A stretch of DNA of 62,985 nt, taken from the IMG/VR virus record IMGVR_UViG_3300034137_000009, positions 1 through 62,985 of that record; one strand, 5' to 3'. Position 1 is the first letter of the stretch, and each line of letters starts with the position of its first letter. Origin of the DNA: a virus. Lineage: Duplodnaviria > Caudoviricetes. Of the stretch, positions 34,598-43,494 are shown in pieces. A program made the position numbers and the translations under genes. The notes under the pieces are model-generated. The model had not been told where the DNA came from, did not search any database, and saw only the letters and a list, made by a program, of their open reading frames with translations.

Positions 34598-36165
34598 GAA
34601 CCAGTCACCGTCCAGCCCTTCGCCGTTGCGATTGTCGGGTCGTCGCCGGCTGTGCCGTAGTTACCCGCGACGGCGAGCGTCTGCGCCCCGGAAGCGATGC
34701 CGAGGCTGGTGTAGAGGGCGTTAAGAGCGGCGGCGCTCAGGTTGTTGTTCTGGAAGAACGGCGACGTAGAGGGGAAGCCGTACTTGAGGCCGGTCAGGAT
34801 CACCGACGTGAGGGACGCCGCCGCGTTAAACATCAGGGTGGTCGCGGTTGTGTTGGGGCATGACGACATGTCGATGCTGACGGTCCGGAGCGCGAAGCAA
34901 CCCTGGAACATGCCAGTGAAGTTGGCGACCCTGCTCGTGTTGAGCGGCGGGACGTCGGTGAGACCGCTGCAGTTGATGAACATGTTGTTGGTCGAGGTGG
35001 CGCTACTCATGTCGTACGCGGGGATCGTGCGCATGTTCTGGCAGGCCTGGAACATGGTTCCGAAGTTGACGCCCTTGCTGGTGTCCATCGTGGGGCCGAC
35101 AAGCAGCGAGACGCAGTTGACGAACATGGTGCCGAAGTCCGTGACCGACGGGGTGGTGATCGTCGGGGGCACGCGCAGGGACCGGCACTCCTGGAACATG
35201 CCGGAGCACGAGGTGTTCAGCGGCATGTCCATCGCCGGGAACTCAGTCATGATCAAACAGCTGCTGAACATGCCCCCTGCCTGCGTGACCTTGAGCAGAT
35301 TGTAGGTCGGGACGTACGAGAGATTCCAGCACCCGGCGAACATGTTCACGGTGGAAATCGCGGCTGAGGTGTCGAAGGCCGGAGCCTCGCGGAGGTTGAC
35401 GCACGACGCGAACATGTTCGAGAAGTTCGTGACCTTGCTCGAGTTAAACAGCGGGACACTGCGCAGGGCCGTGCAGTTGGAGAACAGCTCGGCGAACGTA
35501 GTGCAGTTGGTCGTGTCGAAGGTGTCGACGAATTCCAGAGCCGGGTCGTTCGTGAAGCACCGGAACATACCGCTGAGGGTAGCGGTCCACTTCGTGCCGA
35601 CGATGCGACGCAGGTTCACCGCCTCGCGACAAGCGTCGCCGAACTGGCCGTTCATGGACGTTGGCCCGACCCAGGTGAGCTGGTACGTGCCGTTCCTCAT
35701 GGTACTCGACGTGCTGATGACAGCGCTGATGAGGTTGCGGCAGCAGATCGCGATGTCGCGCCAGTGGACGGTTCCACCGGAGGTCATGCCGGTCGGGACG
35801 GAGTTGAGGAGCACGGTGTTGAGCTGCTGCCCGGCCTGCGGAGTGATCGTAACGACGGCCTGGCGCCAGCCCTCGCTGGTCGTAGTGTTCGCCGGCAGAC
35901 TCGCGAAAGAGTAGGTGCGCTCGGCCTTTGCCCCGCTGGCGTAGTTCGTGACGGTGCCGTCGCCCCAGTCGACGGTGTACGCGCCGCTCACGGTCACGGC
36001 GAACGCGCTGTTGCCGTTGGGGAAGACGGCGGCCAGCAGGACGATCTTCTCGTCGACGCCCTCGGTGAGTGTTGGCAGCGGAAGCCAGTCCGTAGGACGG
36101 GTCCAGAACGTCGGGTAGTTGACCTTGCCGGAGGCCCGACTTCGACTGGCGCGGGTGACACTCAC
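34594..36165 (-). CDS. BspA/DUF285-type leucine-rich-repeat protein with PKD-like VDWGDG domain (putative adhesin/fibre)
   Basis: About nine 23-aa repeats of D/NTS...NF..MF..C..L...P. Confidence 0.85.
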   Translation of the reverse strand: MSVTRASRSRASGKVNYPTFWTRPTDWLPLPTLTEGVDEKIVLLAAVFPNGNSAFAVTVSGAYTVDWGDGTVTNYASGAKAERTYSFASLPANTTTSEGWRQAVVTITPQAGQQLNTVLLNSVPTGMTSGGTVHWRDIAICCRNLISAVISTSSTMRNGTYQLTWVGPTSMNGQFGDACREAVNLRRIVGTKWTATLSGMFRCFTNDPALEFVDTFDTTNCTTFAELFSNCTALRSVPLFNSSKVTNFSNMFASCVNLREAPAFDTSAAISTVNMFAGCWNLSYVPTYNLLKVTQAGGMFSSCLIMTEFPAMDMPLNTSCSGMFQECRSLRVPPTITTPSVTDFGTMFVNCVSLLVGPTMDTSKGVNFGTMFQACQNMRTIPAYDMSSATSTNNMFINCSGLTDVPPLNTSRVANFTGMFQGCFALRTVSIDMSSCPNTTATTLMFNAAASLTSVILTGLKYGFPSTSPFFQNNNLSAAALNALYTSLGIASGAQTLAVAGNYGTAGDDPTIATAKGWTVTGS

Positions 36166-36497
36166 GGCGTGATCTCCTGTCCAAAGAGGCTGAAGGCCAT
36201 GTTCGGGTCACTTGTGCGAACGGTCACCACATCGGTGGCGGCCAGAGTCAACCCGATGGTGAAGAACGCAGCATCTGCCGGATCGACGCCGACACCCGGC
36301 AGGATAGTGTGCTTGGTCGCAACCGCCTCACCGGCAGGCCGAACGTAAACCCACACCGGAACAGACGGCACAGTGCCGGTGTTGGCGACGCTCAGCGTTG
36401 AGACAACTGCCGACTTACCCACACCCACCACGTAGAGGTCGGTATTCACGTTGGCGGCAGGTGATACCTGCCCGAGAACCTTGTATGCAGTAGCCAT
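36162..36497 (-). CDS. hypothetical virion protein
   Basis: MATAYKVLGQVSP...FSLFGQEIT, beta-rich. Confidence 0.7.
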   Translation of the reverse strand: MATAYKVLGQVSPAANVNTDLYVVGVGKSAVVSTLSVANTGTVPSVPVWVYVRPAGEAVATKHTILPGVGVDPADAAFFTIGLTLAATDVVTVRTSDPNMAFSLFGQEITP

Positions 36498-36498
36498 G

Positions 36499-37281
36499 TT
36501 AGGCTCCCATCAGAAGAAAGGGGCTCATGTCGCCACCCCCGGTCGGGGCATCTGCCCACTCGACATCGTAGTTGGCGGCGGTGCGCTTGCGCGGAACCTG
36601 CCCGACCAGACCGCCAACGGGCAGCCCTGGTCCGGCCGCTCCGGTGTCACCCTTGACACCCTGAATGCCCTGCGCCCCGGTGTCACCCTTGACACCCTGG
36701 ATGCCCTGTGCGCCGGTGTCGCCCTTGAGTCCCTGGATACCCTGGGCGCCGGTGTCGCCCTTGTCGCCCTTGAGTCCCTGGATACCCTGCGCACCGGGAT
36801 CACCCTTCAGACCCTGGATACCCTGGGCACCCGTGTCGCCCTTGAGTCCCTGGATACCCTGCGCGCCGGGGTCACCCTTGTCGCCCTTGAGTCCCTGAGG
36901 TCCGATGTCACCCTGCGGTCCCTGGATGCCCTGTGCGCCGGTGTCGCCCTTGAGTCCCTGGATACCCTGAGCACCGGTGTCGCCCTTTAGTCCCTGGGCA
37001 CCGGTGTCACCCTTGACGCCCTGGATGCCCTGGATTCCCTGAGCGCCAGTGTCACCCCTAGGACCCTGGATGCCCTGGATTCCCTGTGAGCCGGGATCGC
37101 CCTTGTCACCCTTGATACCCTGCACGCCCTGGGGACCACGCGTTGTTAGTTCGATGGTCGTGAGGCTAGGCACTACCGGCTGAGCAAGGACCCTCGACGA
37201 GACGACCGCGATAACCTCGACACCGGGCTGGTCCGACGGGACGACTGAGACGGAGGTACTGAGAACCTCTACATCTGTCAT
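36499..37281 (-). CDS. collagen-like tail fibre protein
   Basis: Long Gly-X-Y tract; GLPVGG..GQV..K....YDVEW C-terminus. Confidence 0.85.
   Translation of the reverse strand: MTDVEVLSTSVSVVPSDQPGVEVIAVVSSRVLAQPVVPSLTTIELTTRGPQGVQGIKGDKGDPGSQGIQGIQGPRGDTGAQGIQGIQGVKGDTGAQGLKGDTGAQGIQGLKGDTGAQGIQGPQGDIGPQGLKGDKGDPGAQGIQGLKGDTGAQGIQGLKGDPGAQGIQGLKGDKGDTGAQGIQGLKGDTGAQGIQGVKGDTGAQGIQGVKGDTGAAGPGLPVGGLVGQVPRKRTAANYDVEWADAPTGGGDMSPFLLMGA
36620..37140 (-). repeat. collagen-coding tandem repeat
   Basis: Repeated [12 protein letters not shown]-coding 36-45 nt units. Confidence 0.85.
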
Positions 37282-37631
37282 ACCCGCGTGACCTCCTTGA
37301 CCACCGTGACCGTGCCTCGCAGATAGGTGTTCACCTCGCCGGTTGCCGTTACCTGAAGCTGAACGTCCCACACACCACCGGTCGTGAGTGCAGAGGTCTG
37401 CGCTGAGGTGAGCGTCAGCAGAACCGACCCACGGTTAGCCAGGACAGACTGATCCGGGATAGAGGTCGAAAACTCCGCCAGGACGGTGGGGGCATCCGTG
37501 TTGGAGCGAATCTGCGCCTTCGCGATCTGCCCGGTGAGGTCGATGTATGTACCACCCTCATCCCGGAGCCGGAAGAACACACGGAAGGTGTCGCCCTGGT
37601 AGATCTGAATATCGTACGTGCCCGGTATCAC
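37278..37631 (-). CDS. BppU-like baseplate/fibre attachment protein
   Basis: IYQGDTF...IDLTG..AKAQIR...WDVQL...[12 protein letters not shown]. Confidence 0.75.
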   Translation of the reverse strand: MIPGTYDIQIYQGDTFRVFFRLRDEGGTYIDLTGQIAKAQIRSNTDAPTVLAEFSTSIPDQSVLANRGSVLLTLTSAQTSALTTGGVWDVQLQVTATGEVNTYLRGTVTVVKEVTRV

Positions 37632-37787
37632 CAGGAACCTCCGCTGAATGCTGGGCTGATTGTAGAGGAGGTCGTAGGACCAGACAGCACCGATAGCTCC
37701 TCATCTTCGCCAGGGACTACCACACTAGCCCCATACGCGCTAGCATGGCTAGCACGGCCCGACAACTACGCGAGAGGCACCCGTACT

Positions 37788-38033
37788 GTGAGTGAGAATC
37801 CGGACACCCCGCCGACCGAAGAGCCTAAGGCTCCGACCGTCGAGCCCGAGGTCGAGCAGATCATCGAGGAGGACGACGGCGTACCCGAGGTAAGTCCCTT
37901 CACGATGTTCATGGGTGACGAGGACCGCATGTTCGACTTCAGACCTCGCCCGGTGGATGAGCCCGAGGTGGAGCCGGAGCCGGTCCCAAAAGAGGTCTCC
38001 TCGCCTCCTTCCTCGCCGAAGAAGCCGACGTAA
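37788..38033 (+). CDS. acidic/Pro-rich protein; probable N-terminal part of a frameshifted WhiB
   Basis: GAGAGG upstream, GTG start; contains C_CCA_AAA at 37985-37991. Confidence 0.6.
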   Translation: MSENPDTPPTEEPKAPTVEPEVEQIIEEDDGVPEVSPFTMFMGDEDRMFDFRPRPVDEPEVEPEPVPKEVSSPPSSPKKPT

Positions 38034-38233
38034 GCTGGCAGAGCGAGGCTGCCTGCAAGGACGAGGACCCCGAGTTGTTCTTCCCCGAAAAGGGGCAATC
38101 AGCTATGGGGAACAAGGCGATCATGATTTGCTTCTCGTGCTCCGTACGTGCGGAGTGCAAGGAGTATCGGGTAAGCACCGGCTCGGACTACGGCATTTGG
38201 GCTGGCGAGTTCACTAAGCGACACGGAAAGTAG
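37985..38233 (+). CDS. whiB: WhiB-family transcription factor domain (no in-frame start; -1 frame of the upstream ORF)
   Basis: WQSEAACKDEDPELFFPEKG...ICFSCSVRAEC...YGIWAG; four Cys and GIWxG; absent from the ORF track. Confidence 0.85.
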   Translation, partial: PKRGLLASFLAEEADVSWQSEAACKDEDPELFFPEKGQSAMGNKAIMICFSCSVRAECKEYRVSTGSDYGIWAGEFTKRHGK

Positions 38234-38237
38234 GACC

Positions 38238-39425
38238 ATGAGGCCCAAGTCATTGAGCGCATCCGCGCTCAGCGTAGCGGAGCTGTGCCTGGCAAGGTAC
38301 AAGGCCGAGCAGATTGAGCGCGGTAGGGGTGCCGGTAACTCGGCGGCATCGGTGGGAACATCAGTACACGGTGCACTCGAGATGTTCGTCAAGGCAACGC
38401 GGCCTGAGTTGGGCGGCAACCCGGCCATGGGTGGGCTCGACACCATCGAGATGTTCTACCGCACCTCGTACATGGACACCTTCAACACCTCGGATGCGTC
38501 CGGCGAGTTCTACGACGACGGTTGGGACCTCGTCAAGAAGTGGCACGGCCGTCAGGACTGGGAGGGCGTAACTGTCCTGTCGGCTGAGGTAAAGGAGAAC
38601 TTTCCCGTCAAGGCGATGTTTGAGGGGTCGCAGATCGAGATCCCCTTCAACTACATCTGGGACCGGCACGACCAGATCGGACCTACCGAGTATCGCGTCG
38701 TGGACTACAAGACGAACCGGTGGGGCATCCGACCCGACGACCTCAAGAAGAAGATCCAGGCGCGGTGCTACGGTCTTGCCGCGCAGATCAAGTACCCCGA
38801 GGCTACACGTATCTGGGTGCAGTTCGACATGCTGCGTCACGACCCGGTCGGCATCGTCTACTCTCGCGACGAGAACATCGCTACCTGGCGGTTCATCCGT
38901 GATCTGACCCAGCGTATCCTCGACACCCCGGTGGACGCGGTGAAGGAGACACTCAACCCCGAGTGTCGGTTCTGCGTTCGCAAGCTCAAGTGCTCGGCGC
39001 TTCAGGCAAACATCGCGGTCGGCGGTGCCCTCGGCATCACGTCAGCCAAGGAGGCCGTCGACATTCGGGCAACCCTGGAGTACCAGAAGTCGGCTATCGA
39101 GTCCGCTATCCGCGACCTCGATGAGATTGTGCTTACCGAGGCGCGGGCGACCGACGTGCTCGAGTTCGAGTCCGACATGAACCGCCTCAAGATCGGCGTG
39201 TCCGGCCGACGTGGCGTGGACGCCGAGCGTGCCCGCATGGTTCTCGGTGACGACCTGTTCGGAAAGTACGGCTCCGCATCTATCACCCTGGGCACGGTGG
39301 AGAAGCTCCTCAAGGGGAAGGACCTCACCGAAGACCAGAAGAAGCAGCTCCGCGGGCTCATCAAGGTGCAGACCGGCGAGCCACGGGTCAAGGTAGAGCC
39401 CAAGAACAGTCTCGAGGAGGACTAA
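38238..39425 (+). CDS. Cas4/RecB-like PD-(D/E)XK exonuclease
   Basis: LSAS..C, GTSVHGALE, WDRHD..VVDYKT, Q..CY, CRFC...C. Confidence 0.85.
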   Translation: MRPKSLSASALSVAELCLARYKAEQIERGRGAGNSAASVGTSVHGALEMFVKATRPELGGNPAMGGLDTIEMFYRTSYMDTFNTSDASGEFYDDGWDLVKKWHGRQDWEGVTVLSAEVKENFPVKAMFEGSQIEIPFNYIWDRHDQIGPTEYRVVDYKTNRWGIRPDDLKKKIQARCYGLAAQIKYPEATRIWVQFDMLRHDPVGIVYSRDENIATWRFIRDLTQRILDTPVDAVKETLNPECRFCVRKLKCSALQANIAVGGALGITSAKEAVDIRATLEYQKSAIESAIRDLDEIVLTEARATDVLEFESDMNRLKIGVSGRRGVDAERARMVLGDDLFGKYGSASITLGTVEKLLKGKDLTEDQKKQLRGLIKVQTGEPRVKVEPKNSLEED

Positions 39426-39533
39426 CCGGTGGGATCGGCCCACCCTCACCCCCGTCCCGGCCACCGCCGGGAGCCACACGGCCCTCTCGTGCCTATGACG
39501 GGGGATGGCAAACCTACCACTAGAGAGGATGCT

Positions 39534-39722
39534 ATGGCCGCACCGCGTAAGAGGACATACGTCAACTGTCCAAACTGCAACGCCGAGATAAGCGTAACAA
39601 AAAGCAGCAAGGACAACGTAGTCTGTCCCGACTGTGACACGATCATCGCGCTCAGCGTGCTACACGACGGTCGACGCCTCCCACCACCGGTGGATGGGAG
39701 CAAGTTCGACATCATCGGCTAG
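39534..39722 (+). CDS. zinc-ribbon protein
   Basis: CPNC...CPDC; GAGAGG RBS. Confidence 0.65.
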   Translation: MAAPRKRTYVNCPNCNAEISVTKSSKDNVVCPDCDTIIALSVLHDGRRLPPPVDGSKFDIIG

Positions 39723-39728
39723 AGCGAC

Positions 39729-39763
39729 TCGACCCCCGCACCCGGTCAGGGTACGGGGGTCGA
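39729..39763. terminator. hairpin between convergent genes
   Basis: TCGACCCCCGCACCC / GGGTACGGGGGTCGA. Confidence 0.65.
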
Positions 39764-39783
39764 ATCTTGCCACCCCAAGTGGT

Positions 39784-40263
39784 CTATTTCTTGACATACA
39801 CCTGACAGTTCACCTGCTTGATAGCAGCCGCGTATTCGCCAAATGCCTCGGCGTACTCCTGCCCGGCCTTTGTTCCGGCTGGTGTGTCGGACGCCCCGAT
39901 CTTACTCACACGCGCCAGGAGTGCGATGAACTCTCGGTTGTTGGTGTTGCGGTCCTCGCAGGTGTCGACGAGTGCCTTCTCTACCCTCACCTGGTTGGTG
40001 TTGATCGTGTGCTGCTGCAGGAAAAGCGCGACCCCGAACCCCGCCACGAGAAGGCCGGAACAGATGGCCTTGAGTCGATTCTTGCTAGCCTGCCGGTCGA
40101 TCTCTTCGCGTGTCGGTCGCGTCTCCACCGCGTGTGCCAGCGCGATGATGCTTGCGTTGAGCGCCTCGAGCTTTTCGGTCTGGTGCGCCAGCATGGCCGC
40201 GTCCATCGCAACGAATGACCCAACTGCCTTACGTCGTTCGGGAACGCCGGGAGGGGTTGGCAC
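39784..40263 (-). CDS. membrane protein (lysis cassette)
   Basis: One TM segment, paired Cys in the C-terminal part. Confidence 0.65.
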   Translation of the reverse strand: MPTPPGVPERRKAVGSFVAMDAAMLAHQTEKLEALNASIIALAHAVETRPTREEIDRQASKNRLKAICSGLLVAGFGVALFLQQHTINTNQVRVEKALVDTCEDRNTNNREFIALLARVSKIGASDTPAGTKAGQEYAEAFGEYAAAIKQVNCQVYVKK

Positions 40264-40432
40264 GCGGTGTCTCCTTCAGCTTTTCTACGCGTTCCGCAAA
40301 GGCGCGGTTCGTCTCTTGCAGCTCCAATGCTACCCGGCGTAGGTCACCAAGGGTAGCATTGAGCATTATGTCCTGCGGCGAAGCGTACTCTTCCGAGGGC
40401 TTAGATCTGAACATCTGCCGCCACCACCCCAT
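40229..40432 (-). CDS. small coiled-coil protein
   Basis: In lysis cluster. Confidence 0.55.
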   Translation of the reverse strand: MGWWRQMFRSKPSEEYASPQDIMLNATLGDLRRVALELQETNRAFAERVEKLKETPRANPSRRSRTT

Positions 40433-40434
40433 GT

Positions 40435-40779
40435 CTACGACCTTCTGGTCGGAGTACGCTTGACAGGCTTAGCAGGGAAACGATCCTCGTCACTGAGAAC
40501 CTGTAGCGTCTCACCCATTAGCCGGTTGAGCTCCGTGAGGGGGGGTACAACTTCCTTACGGATCGTATCGTTGAGCGTCTGGTTTTGCTCGCGTAGGTTT
40601 CTATTCTCCTCGCGGAGCCTATCCCTCTCGCTGTTGGTACCGAGCTTGTCGAAGATGATCAGTGCGAGAACTACGGCAAATGGGCCACCCTTGAGTAGTG
40701 CGTCAAGGATGCCACTACCCGATGGATCAGCCGCCTGTGCGTAGACCCCGGCGGTTACAAGGCCGAGGTAGTGATGCAT
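40435..40779 (-). CDS. membrane protein with coiled coil (holin-associated)
   Basis: Hydrophobic helix then ERDRLREEN... coil. Confidence 0.7.
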   Translation of the reverse strand: MHHYLGLVTAGVYAQAADPSGSGILDALLKGGPFAVVLALIIFDKLGTNSERDRLREENRNLREQNQTLNDTIRKEVVPPLTELNRLMGETLQVLSDEDRFPAKPVKRTPTRRS

Positions 40780-41079
40780 CTACCCGACCGGGACCAGTGT
40801 GTACTTCGACTCGCCACACACCTCGAGAACCTCCTTGGTGCGCTGCGTGTACGCCTGGCACACGGCGGTCAAAATCTCACCACCGATCTTTGTGTTGACC
40901 AGGTTCTCACGCTTGGCCTCTTCCTGACGAACAACCAGGGCGATCACTGAGATCCAGAGCACAAGTCCGATAATGCCGATCATCGTCACGATGTTACCCA
41001 GGCGACGCCGGGCGATGTTCGAGAGCTCAAGCTCCTCCCGAACCCTCGCCATCTCATCGCGCAGCATGGTGGTCGGCAT
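40780..41079 (-). CDS. membrane protein
   Basis: TM helix, C...C pair. Confidence 0.65.
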   Translation of the reverse strand: MPTTMLRDEMARVREELELSNIARRRLGNIVTMIGIIGLVLWISVIALVVRQEEAKRENLVNTKIGGEILTAVCQAYTQRTKEVLEVCGESKYTLVPVG

Positions 41080-41081
41080 GT

Positions 41082-41819
41082 CTACAGCTTGGCGAGGATC
41101 GCGTTGAGCTTCGCGTCGAGGGCCTTCTGGTTGTCCTCGATCCGGGTGAAGGTGTCAGCGATGCTGATGTTCTCGGGGTCCTCGTCCAGCACCCTGCCGT
41201 TCTTGTCACGCTTGCGGACACCACCCGTGATCGTGAGCCGCAGCTCGTCGATCTCACGACGGAATGCGGCGGCGATCTGCCCCTCGGAGGTGTTGAGCTC
41301 CGCCTTGACCCACTCGCGGTCGGCCTGGTCCATCTTGTCACTCCTGTTCGTGTGGGTGGCGGCACCGATTGTGCCATTGCGGATCTTGTCGGCGACCCGC
41401 TTCACATCAGCGGCGCTTCCCTTGATCTCGAAGTGCATCTCGTCGTAGCCGATCAGCTGACGCACGACGCTCTCGAGCTCCAGGAGGATCTTCTTGATCT
41501 CTCGGAACTGTGCGGGGGTGAAGGTGCCGGAGACACCGTTCGGGTGGTCGGGGGCACGCCAGTCGATAGCGGTGCCACTGCCGTGACAGCTGATGTTGTT
41601 GGCGTTCCGGTTGAGCCGGAAGTTGTGACCCCAACAGCCGAAGCCATTTCCGAAGGGCTCCACGCGGTTATCGAGCTGTGCAACGAGGTAGCTGAACACC
41701 ACCGCCACGTCGCCCGACTTCACGCCGGCCGGGAACGGCTTACCCCGGTAGTAGAAGGGCTCGACGCCGATGTCGGATCGGTCAGACGAGGCGGGCCAGC
41801 CGTTGTAAGAGTAGTGCAT
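41082..41819 (-). CDS. endolysin, M15-type Zn peptidase
   Basis: SYNGWPAS, WGHNFR, SCHGSGTAID, DEMHFE. Confidence 0.88.
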   Translation of the reverse strand: MHYSYNGWPASSDRSDIGVEPFYYRGKPFPAGVKSGDVAVVFSYLVAQLDNRVEPFGNGFGCWGHNFRLNRNANNISCHGSGTAIDWRAPDHPNGVSGTFTPAQFREIKKILLELESVVRQLIGYDEMHFEIKGSAADVKRVADKIRNGTIGAATHTNRSDKMDQADREWVKAELNTSEGQIAAAFRREIDELRLTITGGVRKRDKNGRVLDEDPENISIADTFTRIEDNQKALDAKLNAILAKL

Positions 41820-41820
41820 G

Positions 41821-42177
41821 TCAGCGACCTGCCGACTCGGCACCCTTGTCGTTGGCGGTCAGGTCGGGCTGTCCGAGACCAAAGCCGGCGGTCTTGTTGG
41901 CGACCACGCCAGCCACGCCGGTCGGCTTGAGGAAGCCGTAGTAGGCGACGATGCTGGACAGGAACGCGTTGGCCGTCTGCTCGACGAAGTTGCCGAAGTC
42001 GAAGCCCCCATCGGCGGCGGCAAGGTAGGCCAGCGAGCCGACGATAGCGGAGACGAGCAGGTTGAGAACGGACTTGAGGCCCTGGTTGGCGGTGCGCTTG
42101 CTGATCACCCCGACGATCAGCGGGACGAGCAGGCCGAGCCAGCGGGCCGCGTCCACGGGGTCGATGTTCTCAAACAC
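41821..42177 (-). CDS. holin
   Basis: Three hydrophobic segments, YYGFLKPTG motif; adjacent to the lysin. Confidence 0.8.
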   Translation of the reverse strand: MFENIDPVDAARWLGLLVPLIVGVISKRTANQGLKSVLNLLVSAIVGSLAYLAAADGGFDFGNFVEQTANAFLSSIVAYYGFLKPTGVAGVVANKTAGFGLGQPDLTANDKGAESAGR

Positions 42178-42212
42178 TTGGGGACCTCCAGATCCTGTGT
42201 TGTCGGGCTAGG

Positions 42213-43493
42213 CTAGGCGTCGTCGGTCGGGGGGTCAACCACGGAGGGATCAAACCTCGGTAGCACGTCCCTAGCGTCCTCTGTAATGTCCACGACCTCC
42301 GCGACGATGTCCTTCTTCAGGCCATTGCGGTTGACATTCTCCAGCTTCTGCCGCAGTCTCTTGAGGCGCTCCTCAGCGTCGTCACGCTCGACCACGATGG
42401 TGGCAACGTGCTGTGTGTACGCCTCGTGTTCCTCGCGGGTAAGCCGGTGCGCCTCCTGCTCCTCGTGGAGCATGTGCCGCGTGTCACGCAACTCGAAACG
42501 AAGCTCCTCGATCTTGTCAATGAGCTTGTCGTAGCGCTCGGTAGGTGTTGTCACCGTGTACTCATAGGCCGCGTGGAACGTGCAGGCGATGGACGCCCAG
42601 GCCGGTGCCTGGCGATAGATCTGAACCTCACCGCCGGGGAAGATTCGCATCTCACAAGGTGTGCCATCAGCCATTGTAGAGAAGATGAGGTTGAGGTTCG
42701 GCCTGTAACCGACCGGCAGGGTGAACGCGGTTACCGCAGTTGTACCACCAGCAATGAGTCCACGCATGACGACAAGACCATCTGCGGTCTTGCGGAATCC
42801 CGAGGCGCCAAACCCAGCATCGCCGTAGTTAGACCATCCGTTAACAAAGGCGGGCTGTCCGGCGGCACCGAAGGCCCTCCATGCGGGGTCACCACCGGAA
42901 ATCCTCTCCCATGCAGACCAGCTACCAGCCTGTGTTGGATCACCCCCGGCGCAGTAGCGGGTCCAGCCGGGCTGATAGGCACCGTTGACAGTCATCTGCC
43001 AGGCGATCTGTCGCTGGTACGTTGTCCCGGTGGTCGGGTTGCTGTGGGCCATGACCTCGATGAGATACCAGTCCGTCGTAGGCATAGCCGACGAGTTGGC
43101 CGTCTCCCAAAACCCCGAGGTGTAGTTGGCGTTCGGGCTTGCACCCATCGTGGAAACCTCACCCGCTACCGGTGTCGAGCTGCCCCGGCCACGCGGAAGG
43201 CTACCGTCAACGTAGGGCAGAGCACCCACCACATCAGTGATGTACTTGTCACCCGACGGACCCTCTACACGAACGCGCTGTCCGTTGGCTGAGGGCTGCA
43301 GGCTACCCATGCTGACGTTGATCGGCGTGGTGTCACCCGCCATGAGCACCGACGCCTTGCGGGTGGCACGGTTGTAGGACTGCACAATACCGTACTGCAC
43401 CGCCGGGCGCAGTCTAGCGACCTCGGTCTGTGTGATCCGACGCACGGCGTCACGCAGACGCGTAGCAAAGGCAACGTCCTCAAAACCAGTCAT
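42213..43493 (-). CDS. minor tail protein with an unrelated coiled-coil C-terminal extension
   Basis: OB-like N-terminus, FVNGWSNY..FTLPVGYRP fibre-tip motif. Confidence 0.8.
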   Translation of the reverse strand: MTGFEDVAFATRLRDAVRRITQTEVARLRPAVQYGIVQSYNRATRKASVLMAGDTTPINVSMGSLQPSANGQRVRVEGPSGDKYITDVVGALPYVDGSLPRGRGSSTPVAGEVSTMGASPNANYTSGFWETANSSAMPTTDWYLIEVMAHSNPTTGTTYQRQIAWQMTVNGAYQPGWTRYCAGGDPTQAGSWSAWERISGGDPAWRAFGAAGQPAFVNGWSNYGDAGFGASGFRKTADGLVVMRGLIAGGTTAVTAFTLPVGYRPNLNLIFSTMADGTPCEMRIFPGGEVQIYRQAPAWASIACTFHAAYEYTVTTPTERYDKLIDKIEELRFELRDTRHMLHEEQEAHRLTREEHEAYTQHVATIVVERDDAEERLKRLRQKLENVNRNGLKKDIVAEVVDITEDARDVLPRFDPSVVDPPTDDA

Positions 43494-43494
43494 A

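Noticed and set aside
34594-37281. Diversity-generating retroelement acting on the fibre genes
   Set aside because: No reverse transcriptase and no adenine-mismatched TR/VR pair seen
38238-39425. Cas4 as part of a CRISPR system
   Set aside because: Solo Cas4-like nucleases are common in actinophages; no array or other cas genes
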